Shown here one piece after another: positions 38,072 through 51,803 of a stretch of 64,000 bases of DNA. The first letter of the stretch is position 1. Every line of letters starts with the position of its first letter. The notes under the pieces are model-generated. The model was not told the origin of the DNA. It saw only the letters and a program-made list of their open reading frames with translations, and made no database searches. Source of the stretch: Utricularia gibba (taxonomy: Eukaryota > Plantae > Magnoliophyta); contig CM007991.1 in NCBI GenBank assembly GCA_002189035.1, positions 3,410,001 to 3,474,000 on the forward strand, written 5' to 3'. The position numbers and the translations under genes were made by a program.

Positions 38072-40146
38072 TCAGTTTTGTTCATTTTCTTCAGATTTTG
38101 ATCTCCTTCTCTTCAGACCATTTTCCCCAATCTGCAATGAAAAGCTGAGGTCCTCCTTGCAAGCATCTTTGTTTTGTTCATATTTGATTCCAGTCATGGG
38201 ATCATCTGCATGATTCCCTATGAAGCTGGAAATGAACTGGTGCTCAAAACTGGGGCCTGCATTTGCCTCTGTCTCTAGCGCTGGTAACAGGTTAAGATCA
38301 TGCCCGGCTGGTCCATCTTCCATACGGGGTTGCTGTATGTGAAGGCCCAGAGGTTCACTTGTGTCTCTTGGAAGCATTATGTCCAGCGCCGGCGAATCCC
38401 AGGCGGTTGATTCGGTGAAAGAGGCTGCCCTTTGTGCTTGCACTGCAACTGCAACTGATATCATGATCTGATGATTACTGTGAATCCTAATCATGTGGAG
38501 CTGAATGGGTTTACGAACCTTCTAGAGCTTCATTGGAGGTGATCAAATCGAGTTCGAGGAACTTGAGGAGGCGGCCGAGATCAACGCCGCTGGTCCAGTG
38601 CTCCGGAGGCTGACCAACTTTAAGCTTCAGGCGGCCTCTTGCAGTTCCGCCCCAGATCATGCCTATGGGGCATGGCTTCTCTCCATTTTCGCCTTTCAAG
38701 AGAATGAGACTTCCGCTGTCCCCTTCGAGGTCAAAAGCTTGTTGGTTTTCACCAACAACAAGCAAATCAGTTAACAGACATATGCCTTTTTCGTCATTGT
38801 ATTCATGAGCATATGCCAACAGAGTGCCAGTAGTTAAACCAGAGCTTCTTCCAACCTTCATCACTTTCTTTCCAACCAGACTGTCGACCGGAGATTGCAA
38901 GTCAATCCCTTTCACCTCGCATATCTCTCCGATCCCTTTTACAGATGTAGTCACGGCGGTCATGTCGAAGTCCTCAGCAAATGGGATAAAGGCGCCATCT
39001 GCTCTCACATATGTCTCTGCATTCTCCATTTGGATCAGCAAATTGCATATGCTTTCAGATATGCAGATAAATGGTTACCTGGATTACTGCCAGCAAATGT
39101 TCCAAACCACAGGCCATCCCTGATGAAGGAAGTTGCTCTCTCAACAGAACCAAGATAAACACCATGTCCAAGAGTAGGTGACAGTGGATGAAACATCTTC
39201 TGATTTGGGTATTCCAGGTCAACTGCAATATGCCGATTTGTAAGAAAACCAACCTGTTGATTCCCAGTTTGGCTACGGACAATAGCCCCCAAGGTTCCAC
39301 ACTTTTCCTGGTTTGCAACCTGCTCAATGCACAACAATCTCAGGGTTGCTGTTAAGAGTCAAGGAACAAATGCCCTGATGCATTGAGTTACCATAAAAAA
39401 AGATGACCTCTAAGCATATAAAAAAAAAGATGGCAAACATACCTGTGAACCAGAGCCGATACATTCATCACCCCCACGGAGATCATCAGCAATTTCGCTA
39501 TACAACTGTTCCTTGGAGGGTGGATCTGGAGCACCAAAATAAGAAAATTCAACTATGTCCACATCGCACCAGATGCCTCCAGGCCCCTGATTATATAAAA
39601 AAATCCATTAAGTTCTTCCTCCTTGATCGTAAAATACACCCAAAATGATTATCCTCAGATTACCTCCAAGTAAGAGGGAAGACACTCGCTCAACCATTGC
39701 TTATGAACTTTACTAGACACAAAAACCAGTACGGCTGGTATGTCAGTCAGTTTTCCTCCTTGAATCCGAAGACCAATGGCCGTGCCATGACTGAACGACC
39801 GCAAGCGTTGGCTATGAGATGCTCTTATTGTAATAAGATCTAGCAACGTGGATGCACGTTGACCTTCAGGATGACCAAGCCTTCGAGGTGGAACTCTCTT
39901 TTGCAGGTTTGCAAAATGATTAGCTCTTTCTTTGGTATCCTCCTTTATTCTGCAAGGCCAAGAAAAGTATGCAGCATTGTTTTCACAATATTGTGCAGAT
40001 AATCCTTGTGGTTGAAGTGACTGCGAGCTGAGTGAAGGCCATGAAGAGCGATTGCAATGCCCCCTCCCAAAATCCAAAGATGATTCTTCAGAAACTGAAG
40101 GGCCTGAAAGTTGAACGCCGGAGTTCGACCTATCTTGATCCACCAT
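38072..40146 (-). CDS. NAL1: NARROW LEAF 1-like trypsin-fold serine protease
   Basis: Five exons: GTAIG, IPAVLVFV, GPGGIWCDVDIVEFSY, GTLGAIV, GFLTNRHIAVDL (His), VRADGAFIPF (Asp), KVGRSSGLTTG, DLEGDSGSLI (Ser) and IWGGT. Confidence 0.9.
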
Positions 40147-40947
40147 CTTTTCTCAATGTACATGAAATCAAAATCAAGAGTTTCATCTCAATCAACGGCA
40201 CATAGTATTTACGACAAAAAGACAAACCCATTCAATGCAGTAAGACAAACCAATCACGACCCAGATGACAAAACAAACAAACCCATTAAAAGAGTATCTC
40301 ACCAGCTCATCGCTCATGAAATAAAAATCATACAGCTTCCCATAGTATTCACAAGGCCCATGCTTTCGAGAAAAAGAAATCTAATCAAGACCCAGATGAG
40401 AACAAGAAAGGAAGAAGCTGAGGAATAGGAACAGAGGTGACAAATTTTAATTAACCTTACCGCAAAGTCACAGAAGTGGCTCAAATTATTGAAGAAGGAG
40501 ACTTTTCAACTTCAGAACTGGGGTTAGTGAGTAGAAAAATAAGTGCACTCACCCCCACTTCCGTCTCCATTTGCACCCATTCTTCCCTACAACTTTTCCT
40601 TTTGGTCTCCACTTACGAGCCGTGAGTGACTGGTTTTCCGCTAACTCGATCGTTTATCGTCTTCTAACTTGCTTTTAAAAGTTAATGGTGGTGGCTGTCA
40701 GCTTTATTGTAAATTATTGGCGGGACAGAGAGAGAGAGATCAGACTAGTAAAAATTTTGTCTTTGATCAGCAGACCAAAGCTAGTAATAATATAGCGTAT
40801 GTCTTAACAGGATGTGGTCTTAATTTTGTAGCAGTAGAAAATCTGCAACAGCGTTGCAACTAAGCATCCCACAGGGAGCATTAGATGAAACGTACATCTC
40901 TAGTCACTCATCAATACAAAGACTTAAAGTATATCGTTTCATTGAGT

Positions 40948-43900
40948 TCAACGCCTTCTGCTACGATCCCCAGAATCATCATTTCTGTAACTCCTGCTAG
41001 AGTGTCGACCTCCACCTCTTTCTTCATGATCATACGTGGGATTGTTGGTGGTATGACGTCTATACTTGTGATCATCTCGGAGATCATCATGGCTCCTGTG
41101 TTTCCTCCTGCCCTCGTCCCGGTTGTTGTGGTCTATTTTTCCAGCATCATCATCGTCACTGGCTGGGTTCTTTTCATGGTCCTCGTGCCTCCTCGCCTTA
41201 TATCTGTAGTCATCATCATGACTGCGTTCTGGATCATCTTTACTCCGTCGATGAGCTGCATCTCGGTCTTTTCCACCAGCAGTGCCATTTCTGCTAGCAT
41301 GGTCCCGGTGTGAGCTCCTATCACGCTTTGCATGCCCTTCATCCTCTTCGCTTTCAGGATGACGCCTCTCTCTTTTGTGTTCACTTCTGCGGCTATCCTG
41401 CTTTTCGGAGTAGTATCTGTCCCGCCTCTCACTGTTTAGATTCCTGTCTTGTTTCTGCTTTCGGTCTCGTCTGTCATTATTTCTCGCTAACTTGTCATCC
41501 TCCTCCCCAAACACCATTTCGTACCTTAGGAAATGAAAAGAGAAAGGGGCTATGCTAAGCACGTTAATCCCAGAAAGACAGTAAGCATCTGCTTGAAAAT
41601 GATTTCGCCTCAGCTTCACCGCAGATGCCAAGGCTTAATAAAACTGGTTCATTTATAAAGAATTGCTTATGTAATTCACCTTTGGCCTTGATCTCCACCT
41701 CGTTGAGTAGTATCATCTTTGAGCACATATTTTAAAGGTTGCTTGGATGAGCTACCACCAGAACAGTTGTTAGCAATGTGATCCAGAGAACCACATTTGT
41801 AGCACCCCTTTCCTGCAAATACACTATTAAAAATAACCAATCCCATCAACACCGAGGGTGGAGCATGAATTTAAATGCCCCTCAAAAGAAAGAAAGTCAT
41901 AATCCTATTTCAAACAGCAAGCACATTTTTTCCTGTTGGCGGTCCAATCACAACACCCACCATTCTTGTATCTATATCACAATTCTTATTACTAACAAAG
42001 AAGGTTGGTCGCGCAGTGCTGTACAAACTCAAAACATAAAAAAGATACAAGGATACCTTGAGAAAATGGAACCTTGCGGTGATACTGTGACCATAACTTT
42101 GCAACACTTTGGCTAAAATCGACATGAATCCTTCTATCATCAATCAAAGCATTATCCATCTGCAATTTGTGATAGTGATGACTAGTCCATCTGGGAATTT
42201 AGAAATATCCAACATGTCATTGAAATACTTGTTATACCTTGAAATATGCCTGCTCACATGCCTCCTGATCTTTGAATTCTGAAACACAAACAGCATTAAG
42301 ATCAATTTTAATAGAATGGACCACAATATCTACCAGGTAATAACATTAACTAGCGAGCACTGAAGAAAGAATAGTCCAGATAAAATGCAAGTTCTGGAAA
42401 TGGTGGAAATGACTATACCCACCTATAAATGCATAGCACAAACTATCACCAGTTTTATGATCACGAATTACTTCAGCACTGCAAATGTGATCAAACAAAA
42501 GTGAATCAAGTTATCCGAGTTATGACACACGATAAGTATTAACAACTAGCTCAGTTTTATTGAATGACTCACGATGTTACGACTCCAAAACGAGAAAAAA
42601 TTGTATGCAAGTCCTCATCCTGCAGAACAAACACAGCATTTGAGACAAAGTTCGTCTCACTAGTCATTTACGTAGGCATTGACAACTCAAATAAGGAACT
42701 TACTTCAGTAACAGGATTTAGTTTACAAACAAACAATACATTTTCAGGAGGCTTTATCTCAGCATCAGGAATGTCACCTATCTGTATTCAAAAATATATT
42801 AAATATATCATCCGTTTCACAAGAGAATGTGGGTTGCCATAATAAAATAGGCATAGCCATTCTTAAATACTTAATTTTCTTGTGTCGAACTGATCCTTAC
42901 AGTCTCAAGTACAACTGCACGTGAACGAGCATCCTTCTCACGCAACAACTCTTCAACCTCATGCGGAGCAAGTTGCTCATCTAGAGGCACCCAATCATCT
43001 TCCAGTCGTACATCATCATTAACCTACATTTAGACATGCAATGGTTAATATTAAAATGCGAGCAATCATCTAAGAGAACATGGGTACTAAAATTTCATGG
43101 ATGCACAGAAAGTTAATTCCTTTTACCTAACATGCACATTAGAAGGCAAAAGAAAAAGTGCTTTACTTGAAATAAACTAAACTACGAACACAAGAAGCAA
43201 TCCTGTCAAGATCCATTTAGGAATAATCCGCAAGCAAGGACCTCACGGGATTATCAGTGCTTACAAAGAAGTTAAAGGCTTTATTCATAACAAGGAATAA
43301 AATATGATGCGTCTGGTGCCTACACAACAAAGAATACAACAATAGCATGAAAACATATAAACTGTAATAGTGAAAGCATTGATGAATTACTTCATCTTTT
43401 GGTTTCCCATCTGGAGAAGCATCTGGAATCAACTCTGCTAATTGTGGAGGATCATCATAAGGATCATCTAGTATGTAAGTGTGTTTGATCCTGTGTATTG
43501 ATAACAGACAATAATACGAAAGGAAAAATTATTCCACTAAAACAATATATCTCCAGAATGAAAAATAATGGCATGGGAGAGCAATATTTCAACCTAATGT
43601 TTTTGAAGGGTCTGTTTTTCGCATCCACATAAGCATCATTGATTCTTGTAAGTGTCTCCAACCCTTCAGCCACCTCACCAAATACCTTTGTAACCCAGAT
43701 GGATCAAAAAAGTTACAGCTATCATTTATTTCTTCCATAAATCATGTTATTATAGCATTTAAATGCAGAGATTCATATAAAAGAGAGCAGCCAGCACTAG
43801 CAGCTGAGAAGATTCTTGCCAACCGGCTGGAGAGTGCAACAGAAAGATGCTTAAAACTTCAAATCATATCATGTGTTGGCTTAACATTTATAATTTTTTT

Positions 43901-44795
43901 GTGCTACTATCTAAAAATGATTCCATTTCTTGTATAGATATGTTTTCTTGCGGGCATCCAAATTGACACAGATAAAGTTTCAGGAGACCGAAAATAGGAA
44001 CAAAAAACTAACCGTGTGCTTTCCATCAAGATAATCAAGATCATCATGAAGTGTGAAATAGAACTGAAAGGAACAATCATCATTACACCGTGAAAAAGGA
44101 ATCATAATGTCAAGAATCACGCAGATCACATATATGAGAAAACCTACGCCTAGAAGAGCATACCTGAGAAGCATTAAGGTCTTCCCCAGCACTAGCCATT
44201 GCAACGGTTCCTATCTTTGAATGTTTTACATCCAAATGAATTTCATCACTAAAAAATCGAGCCTGATCTCCATATAAAAATCTGAAAATAAGTTGTAGAA
44301 GGGTGAAACAATGTAAATCAACCATAATTCCCACAATAGCTAGTTATTCAATGTACATTATAAAAAAAAGTGTTGATTAAAGAAAGGTATCAAAAATACA
44401 TTATCTGGGCACAAATTCATCCTAGAAAATGGATACCAATTCTAAAACTACCCAGAAATTCACCATACACGTACACAAAACAAGCGGAAAAAAATTCTCA
44501 CTTGTACACAGAATCACCACCATTTCCAGTACCCGTCGGGTCACCTGTCTGCGCAATGAAATCCTTCTGCACCGTATGAAACAGGCACCCATTATAGTAC
44601 TTGATCCTGTAAAAAAATAACGGAAGAAATTCAGCATGATATACTGAATAAGTATCACAATCTTTGGGAAAGGAAGATAGACTTCCAGTACACTTACTTG
44701 CACAGTTTGAGGAAATTCTTGCAAGTCAAGGGACATCGATTCGTGAACAAGTCAATAACTATATCTCCCAAGCTGGTCACTATCATTACAGACAT
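40948..44795 (-). CDS. CYP59: Multidomain cyclophilin CYP59 (PPIase, RRM, CCHC knuckle, charged R/D/S-rich tail)
   Basis: 14 exons: [77 protein letters not shown] and [14 protein letters not shown]. Confidence 0.94.
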
Positions 44796-45399
44796 TTTGC
44801 TTTCCTCCCCGTGCCCCAATCACCAACCGAAGTTGCCGATACCTGGACACTCGTAACTGTCGAAAATACAGTTAGGTGCAACGGCCACAAATGGAAAAGA
44901 TGAAGAAAAGAAAGAAGCCTACAAAAAAAATGCCAAACCCTGCCGTGATACCCCACCTCCGCCGCGATACAGCACCGGAGTCCGCCTAAACTTCGCCCAG
45001 GTACGTTATTTCCGACTACAGAAAAAGCTTGCATTTTTATTCGTATTAGCATCCTACCCCCTGGAAGCCCATCTCTTTGGGCCCGTCTAAATGGGCCTCA
45101 GCTACTTCCATGATATTCTCCAAATAATTCAGCAAACTTGCAATCACAGATAATAATTAAGGATTTTTTATTCTAAAATTACATATTATTTTTTATTTTC
45201 CGCTTTTTCGGAAATTTTAAAAATAATCATCCACAAATTATATCCTAATCAATTATTCGATAATCCATTTGTTTTACTTTGAAAAACTTTTCATCAAATC
45301 ACGATAAAAGAAATGATCAAATTTCAAAAAAAAAAAAAATCAAAATATTTAATTTCAAAAATTAAATAAAATAGAAAATCCCATCCAAACTTCATCATT

Positions 45400-48300
45400 T
45401 TAGTCATGGGTTCGATTTTTAGAGGACTGATCACGAGAGAGTCGGACGGATGCTGCGCGGACCATTTCAACAAGATGGTCATCGAGTTGATCGAGCTCAC
45501 CGGAATCACGCAGAAGGTGAAACGCAGGCGCCATGTGATCAGCTGCAACCTGAACCACCTTCCACTGGGAGAGGCCTGCTGCAAGCTGAATGATTTTAAT
45601 GGGCAGGTCGTCGGCGAAGTCTAAGCAGGCAACCGCAGCTTGGTAACACTGTTCTTGGAGATCATCAATGAGCCAGAACTCAGCAAGCCAACAAAGCTCA
45701 AGGTATGTTTGGACTCTCAGAACCTTGTCCGGTGTAGCTGAATGCTGCCATGCACAGTCGAGAACAGGTGGGGATAATTCATAAGAGTAAAACCAGTTCA
45801 CGAGTTCCCTTAGTGATGCTGAGCTGATAGGGACGGTAATGGTTTCTGAGTGGCTGCAGGAAGGGGAAAGGTAAGTATCATTATTCCGGTAATGCCCGCA
45901 GATGGAATCCCAAGAACATGAATAGATTCATCACACTTGCAGAAACAGAAAATGAAACGCCACAGCATATCTAGATTTCAGTTGGAAAGGTAACTCGATC
46001 AATTACCAGTCTTGCATTCCTGATTGAAATAAAGCCCGCAGATAACCGCAAGAAGTTGCCACAATAACTTTGTGAACGTGCATATGAAAAGTAGGATAAT
46101 TGCATCTGGCGCACTTGTGGTCCTCCAACTGGGCTGTGCTGGTAGCTTCTAATATCAGATCCCTGAATGCATTTAAAAAAAAGGAGAAGCACACGTTTTT
46201 AAATGTGAGCAATAATCTGAGATGAGTTATAGTTGAACGCAAGCTTCTATCTAACACTTCTTCTCATCCATAGCATTGCTGACATAAAACAGTAACTAAG
46301 CAATCCTGAAACAACAAGTGAAGTAAATGATGAACGGTCTCAAATTGAGCAACGCATTAAGACTTGAAATAAGCACATACGATGAATAGCACCCAGGCGG
46401 AAACAGGGCAGGTCTAAGATCAAATGTAGGAATGTTGATACCCCATAGTGGGTGTCCTCTGCTAAGCAGCTGTATCAAGTATTCCAACTTACAACTCTTT
46501 GCCAAAATTCTCAAATCTCTAAGATGGTCAATGCTCACATGTGAATAACCAGAATAAGCATACTCAAGCAAAGTCATCAGCGGCTGATGATTCACTCTTG
46601 CTGATAAATGAACTGCATTAATGGAACTTTTTTCGGCATCCACTTCCATGGTAGGTACTCTGGATAATTTCTCTATCAACTTTCCAGGAGGAAAGAGTGA
46701 TGGGCATCTCACCGCAAGAATAACCTCATGGGCCAACACAGATTCTTGATTTGCAACAACTAGCTTCACATCTGCATGGTCTGTCTCTCCAAATAATTTC
46801 CTAATCCTGTCACCAAGTTTACTTGGAAAACCATATATTCCGAAATGCCTGAGTGTGTACGATGCATACCATTTTACACCATGTGAGTAGCCACCTCGGA
46901 GGATATCCTGGAGCATTTGAATGAAATCGGCTTCATCAATTTCATCCCTGCCCAGAAACTGGGTACCTCCGAGTGCAGAATCTTGAAGCAATTCAGCAAG
47001 AATCCACAAACTGAAAACGAGAAACATCTCTTCACCTTCCCATTCTTCCGTGCTAGCATAACAGCAGTTCCTTTCCAAGAATAAATCACGAAAAAAAGGC
47101 ACAATGCTTGTTCTCCTAGTGTGAAGTGGGTTTTTAAACCACCACAAGGTGAGAGCTATTACTGTTTTCAATCCTTGGAGTCTAATCACAATTTCCCGAT
47201 ATGATGGTAGACAACAATAGCATGCCAAACAAATTAGGCATATAATAATATGTAGGTGTGATAAATGCATGCAATTCTTTTCTGCCAGTTTGACATTTAG
47301 GGTCCCTAGTAAATATTCAACATAATCCTTTCCATCTACCTTGAGAATTTCACATAGTACGAGCTTACAGAAAGTGGCAACTTGCTTGCAAGGAGAGTAA
47401 AGCATCTTCAGAATTGCTCTACTTACTGATTCACAATTACTCAGATTACTGGGCGCATTTTGAGAAACACGGCGCAGGGTTCCCATTGAATGAACAAAAG
47501 AAATGCTGTCAATAAAAAATTATGCAAAATAAGTAAAAGCGAACAACAGTTGTTTATCGATGGAAATGCAGCAATAAAAAGCAGCTGTTAATAACTAAAG
47601 AAGACAGAAGGACATCAAAAAACAAGTAAATAACTAAGTACTGAGGAAGGATGGATCAATTACCATGCACATATAATTAAGGCTTTAAGTTTATTTTCAC
47701 TGCTGTCAATGTCAATTTTGGCAATACCAAATGGATTTGATGCAAATCCTCCAAGGATATTCCATATATATGGTCTAAAACAAAGCACAGCATTATGGTT
47801 GTAACTCTTTCGGACAAGATTTATGAGATCATCAGTGGATAACTCACAGTTCCCATGAATTTCTATACAATCATCAAAGCAGAGATTAAATAGGCATTCA
47901 AAGATGCCAAATTTCAGAAATTTCACATGATGTTCCTCTGCCAAGCAAATAACTGAAGCCAACTGGCATGCCTCAAGAATAACATTGTTGCCAAGTTTTC
48001 CGGAGGGCAAATGCTGGCTGTTAAGACAACCAATAACAGCTTCTACTAGGGCTGTAGAGCACATTTTCATCATCTTTCTGCATCCTCTCTGACTAAGCTG
48101 ATAATTATGAAGCAGAAAAGTAAAAAAAAATGTGAATGGATCCATTAACTCCAAATTTATAGTTGAGTTAGAATACCGCCAAGCAAGTAGCTAGTTTAAG
48201 TGCCTCAGCACGAACTGAGTTGGCATTTGATCTGCCTATGCAGTCCACCACCATTTGCAAAACTGCCTCCCCATTATCCAGTAGATTGTCTGACCCACAG

Positions 48301-49774
48301 CAACACAGAGCTTCAAACCACAAAACATAACCCTAACACTTGTCATTACTAATATTTAAAAATTTCTTTTAAAATAAGAGCCTACATAAGAAACAAGACT
48401 CGTACTTAAAGAAGAATATACTTGAAGCAGAGCAATTTTCACCGAGTTCTCTGGGAGGAGTTTGATCATTTCTAAGGCACCTAATAACTCAGTATCACTC
48501 CATACAGAGAACCTACAGGATGGCCACATTAACATTACTTTATTTAAAACGAAAGCCATCTCTAAAAAGTACTCAACTGGGGATTCATTAACATTGAACA
48601 GCTTTATATGACAAACAACACAGTTCATTGCTTTTGTTTCCCTAAAAATCTCCCACATCTCCCCTTCTTGTCTAGGACTGAGCTTGGATAGAATGCCATT
48701 TATAGAAGTAGCACATGCCATTGCAACTTCCAGTTGCTCGGAGGACAACAATTTAGCCACAGGACGGGCTAGTTTCAACACATGAGATTGCAAAACTGAG
48801 CTTGGTATAACTCTAATGAAGTTTTGAGCAACATCAGTTGCCAAAATTGAAACTGATGGATTCTTGGATTCCAGGATGCTTTGCAATGCTCCAACTATGT
48901 CAATGACCGAATACTGGAATACAGGGAGAAAGAAAAATCTACAATCAAATCCATTATTGCATTTTTCCGAAGTATGAGAAGACCAAGCATACATACATGC
49001 TAGGTGGGTGACGCATAAGATATCCTCCAACTCTAAAAAAATTCAAAATAGTGTTACAAATAAAATAAAAATAGATAGACAAGTATACCCCACAAAAGGA
49101 ACAAAATAAATACTTATAGTGCCACACATCATGAATGCAATGGAAGCTGAAGATCTGCATCCATTGGTTTGCTTGAAATTGTGTACCTTGACCAGTGGGT
49201 GCTTTAATGTTTCACTAGAAATGCACTGGATGAATGCTGCAATTGATTGAAGAACAAGCCTTTGGGTACTGATATCTGAACAGCTCCATTCCCCCGTATT
49301 TTCCAAGCTTCTACGTCCTCATTTTGCGATAAAATTAAATGAGTACCAAGAGAAAGCTACATACGAGCATGAACAACAACAACACAGGTATCAAGTCATA
49401 AACGTACCAGAAATAAAAAGCACTCAAAGAAAAAATTATAAAAAAACAAGAACAAGTGAACAATGATTCAATAATCACGATGTCCATTATATTTCATCTA
49501 AAAGTAAAGAAGTTTGAATCAGAAACAATGATCTATCTTTTTTGAAGAGCTTAGGAGACCAGCCAAAAACAATTAACATGTTCTTTTGGCCAGCGCTAAA
49601 AATGGAAAACAAAGCCGACAAACAAAAGTTTACAATTACGGCCTCAGCTGGGACGAATCAGTACCCTATGCTTAGGGAATGATAAAGGCGCTGGTGGAGG
49701 GATGTGACTTGAGCGCTAATACCGCGGCAGCTCTCCCCCGTCCCATGCTTCGTTGACGCACGCCTCGGTGGCAT
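45400..49774 (-). CDS. Large ARM-like plus BTB/POZ-domain protein (At1g04390-like family, from recall)
   Basis: N-terminal VTSLHQRLYHSLSIG and WSCSDISTQRLVLQSIA. BTB segments HADVKLVV...AHEVILAVRCPSL and HVHKVIVATSCGYLRALFQSGMQ, then ELCWLAEFWL...LQEQC. The exon 1/2 phase is unresolved. Confidence 0.8.
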
Positions 49775-50576
49775 TTCCACCCCCAACTCCCCCCGCAAGC
49801 ACCTGGCAGTTCGCCTGAATCAGCTGGGACTCCCCTGCACCACCCCTAATCCGCACAAGGAATGCCCAGGCGGGCCGAAGCACGAACGCAAAATAAATTA
49901 TTTATCCAGGAGCCCCTGAAAAACTACGTAATTGGGAAATTAGTCCTCTCACGCTCGCCACAGGCCAGCCCAAACGTCATGAATTGATTGTTTGTAGGCC
50001 CATTACTACCGACAACTGCAGCAAATATTTATGCATATCCTCTGTGGGCCCATTCTTCAATATTCTTGATTGATTTTTTTTTTAATAATTATCTCAAACA
50101 TTCATTATCATTATTATTTTTTTAATAAAAATCAATATTAATTTTTTATTTTAATGGATGTGATAAAAAAGAAGGATGATTAACAAGCCAACCAAACTAT
50201 ATAAATGCAATTAAGTAGTAATTAATGCATGTTTAATATAGTCAGAGAATTAGGGGATAAAAAATGTGGATTCCATTTTCCCACATAGGACCTGCGTTTG
50301 ACTAATCATGACGTGGCGGGAAGGTATTGGCTGAGTATGAGACCTGTCACCTGTGAAAAACAGCAACTCGCAACCAATCACTGTTGGCTGCAAACTTCCA
50401 TGGCTTATTTACAGCTCGACTGCAAGTAATCTACATCGATGGCGGATTTTCGAAAACTTTATTGACTCTGGATGTTCTGCCTGGTGCTACGGCTGATTGG
50501 CTGTGGTTTTTGAGGTTTATGAGCTGTTTGTTGACTGGTTTTTTGGATACCAAGGAGAGTTTTATGAGCCACGCCC

Positions 50577-51803
50577 ATGGCGTCCGCCTGCGTGAACAGA
50601 ATCGGAATGGCGCCGGAGAATTTTCTAGATTACGGGGGTGGGAAGTTCCAGCAATGCGGTTGGCTGAGTCCCAGGATGTCATTTGGTCATGAGATTTCTG
50701 GGGAGGAGGTGGTGGGTAAACAGCAGGGGAAAAATAAGTCTTCTTTGAAAAATCTGGTTGCGGAGGAGAATGACGACGCAGAGACCGATGAGAAACCAGA
50801 TCCGGAAGTTTCAGGGGAAGAATTGCTGGATTTTGAGTTTCGTCTCGAAGATCCTATCAAAATGCTACCCGCCGATGAGCTTTTCTCCAACGGGAGGCTT
50901 CTTCCGTTGCATCTCGCGGCGTTCCGGCATTCCATCACGACGGCTCCGGAGTCGCCGCCATCGTTTGAGGCTAGGTCGTCGGAGGGGCCTAAATGTCATC
51001 CTTCAACAGATCCTTACTTGTTCTCCCCTAAAGCACCTAGATGCGCTAGCCATTGGAAAGAGATTTTCGGCCTCAGAAAGTTGTATAAAAACTCCAATCT
51101 CAAGGCGGCGGAAGATGAAAAAGTAGCGGCGGCGACGGCTGCTTTATGTTCTCAAAAAACCGCCGCCAGAACTCTGAAACAGTTTATCTACCGGAACTCC
51201 AAATCCTCACTCAATGCATGTTCTGATTCATCCTTCCATCTTCCATTGTTGAAGGACTCTGACCATGACTCTGTGAATATTTCCTCTCGCCTCTCCCTCT
51301 ACTCTTCCTCCCACAGCCACGACCACGAAGAACTCCATCTTCATCGTTTCTCCGTAGATTCAGAAAAACCATGCGTCATCTCCCGGAAACCTCACCAAAC
51401 CACTGGCACTGTCACCAAAGTTCGAGTAGCAAAGACAACAGTCCCTCCGAATCGGAGCACAGTCCGAAGAAATCCTGAATCTACAATCTCAATTCACAGC
51501 GTAGCTGTGGATAGCCCTCGAATGAATCCGTCAGGGAAGATTGTGTTTCACGGTTTGGAGCGAAGCTCAAGTAGTCCCGGCAGTTTCAACGGAGGACCAA
51601 GACACAAACACTGCGGAATGGAGAGGTCTTATTCAGCAAACGTTCGAATCACTCCTGTCCTTAACGTCCCTGTTTGCTCCTCGCTAAGGGGTTCCTCAAA
51701 ATCTGGTGTGTTTGGTCTCCCATTGTTCCAGAAGAAGGAAACTGGAAGCAGCATTGCTAGTAGAAACAGAGGAGTTTCTGTTCACAGCAAGAACCGAACT
51801 TAA
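50577..51803 (+). CDS. Uncharacterised plant-specific Ser-rich protein (408 aa, intronless)
   Basis: Long ORF with blocks typical of a conserved plant family: MASACVN, WLSPRMSF, DFEFRLEDP..MLPADELFSNGRLLPL, YLFSPKAPRC..WKEIFGLRK, DSPRMNPSGKIVF and MERSYSANVRITPVLNVPVC. Confidence 0.85.
   Translation: MASACVNRIGMAPENFLDYGGGKFQQCGWLSPRMSFGHEISGEEVVGKQQGKNKSSLKNLVAEENDDAETDEKPDPEVSGEELLDFEFRLEDPIKMLPADELFSNGRLLPLHLAAFRHSITTAPESPPSFEARSSEGPKCHPSTDPYLFSPKAPRCASHWKEIFGLRKLYKNSNLKAAEDEKVAAATAALCSQKTAARTLKQFIYRNSKSSLNACSDSSFHLPLLKDSDHDSVNISSRLSLYSSSHSHDHEELHLHRFSVDSEKPCVISRKPHQTTGTVTKVRVAKTTVPPNRSTVRRNPESTISIHSVAVDSPRMNPSGKIVFHGLERSSSSPGSFNGGPRHKHCGMERSYSANVRITPVLNVPVCSSLRGSSKSGVFGLPLFQKKETGSSIASRNRGVSVHSKNRT

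Noticed and set aside
40885-41313. Hydrophobic 142-aa plus-strand ORF resembling a membrane protein
   Set aside because: It is the antisense of the D/R/H-rich CYP59 tail; complementary codons create the hydrophobicity.
49790-49890. GC-rich, structured-looking stretch suggesting an snRNA or tRNA
   Set aside because: It matches no U snRNA, 7SL or tRNA motif and is best explained as the BTB gene's 5' UTR.
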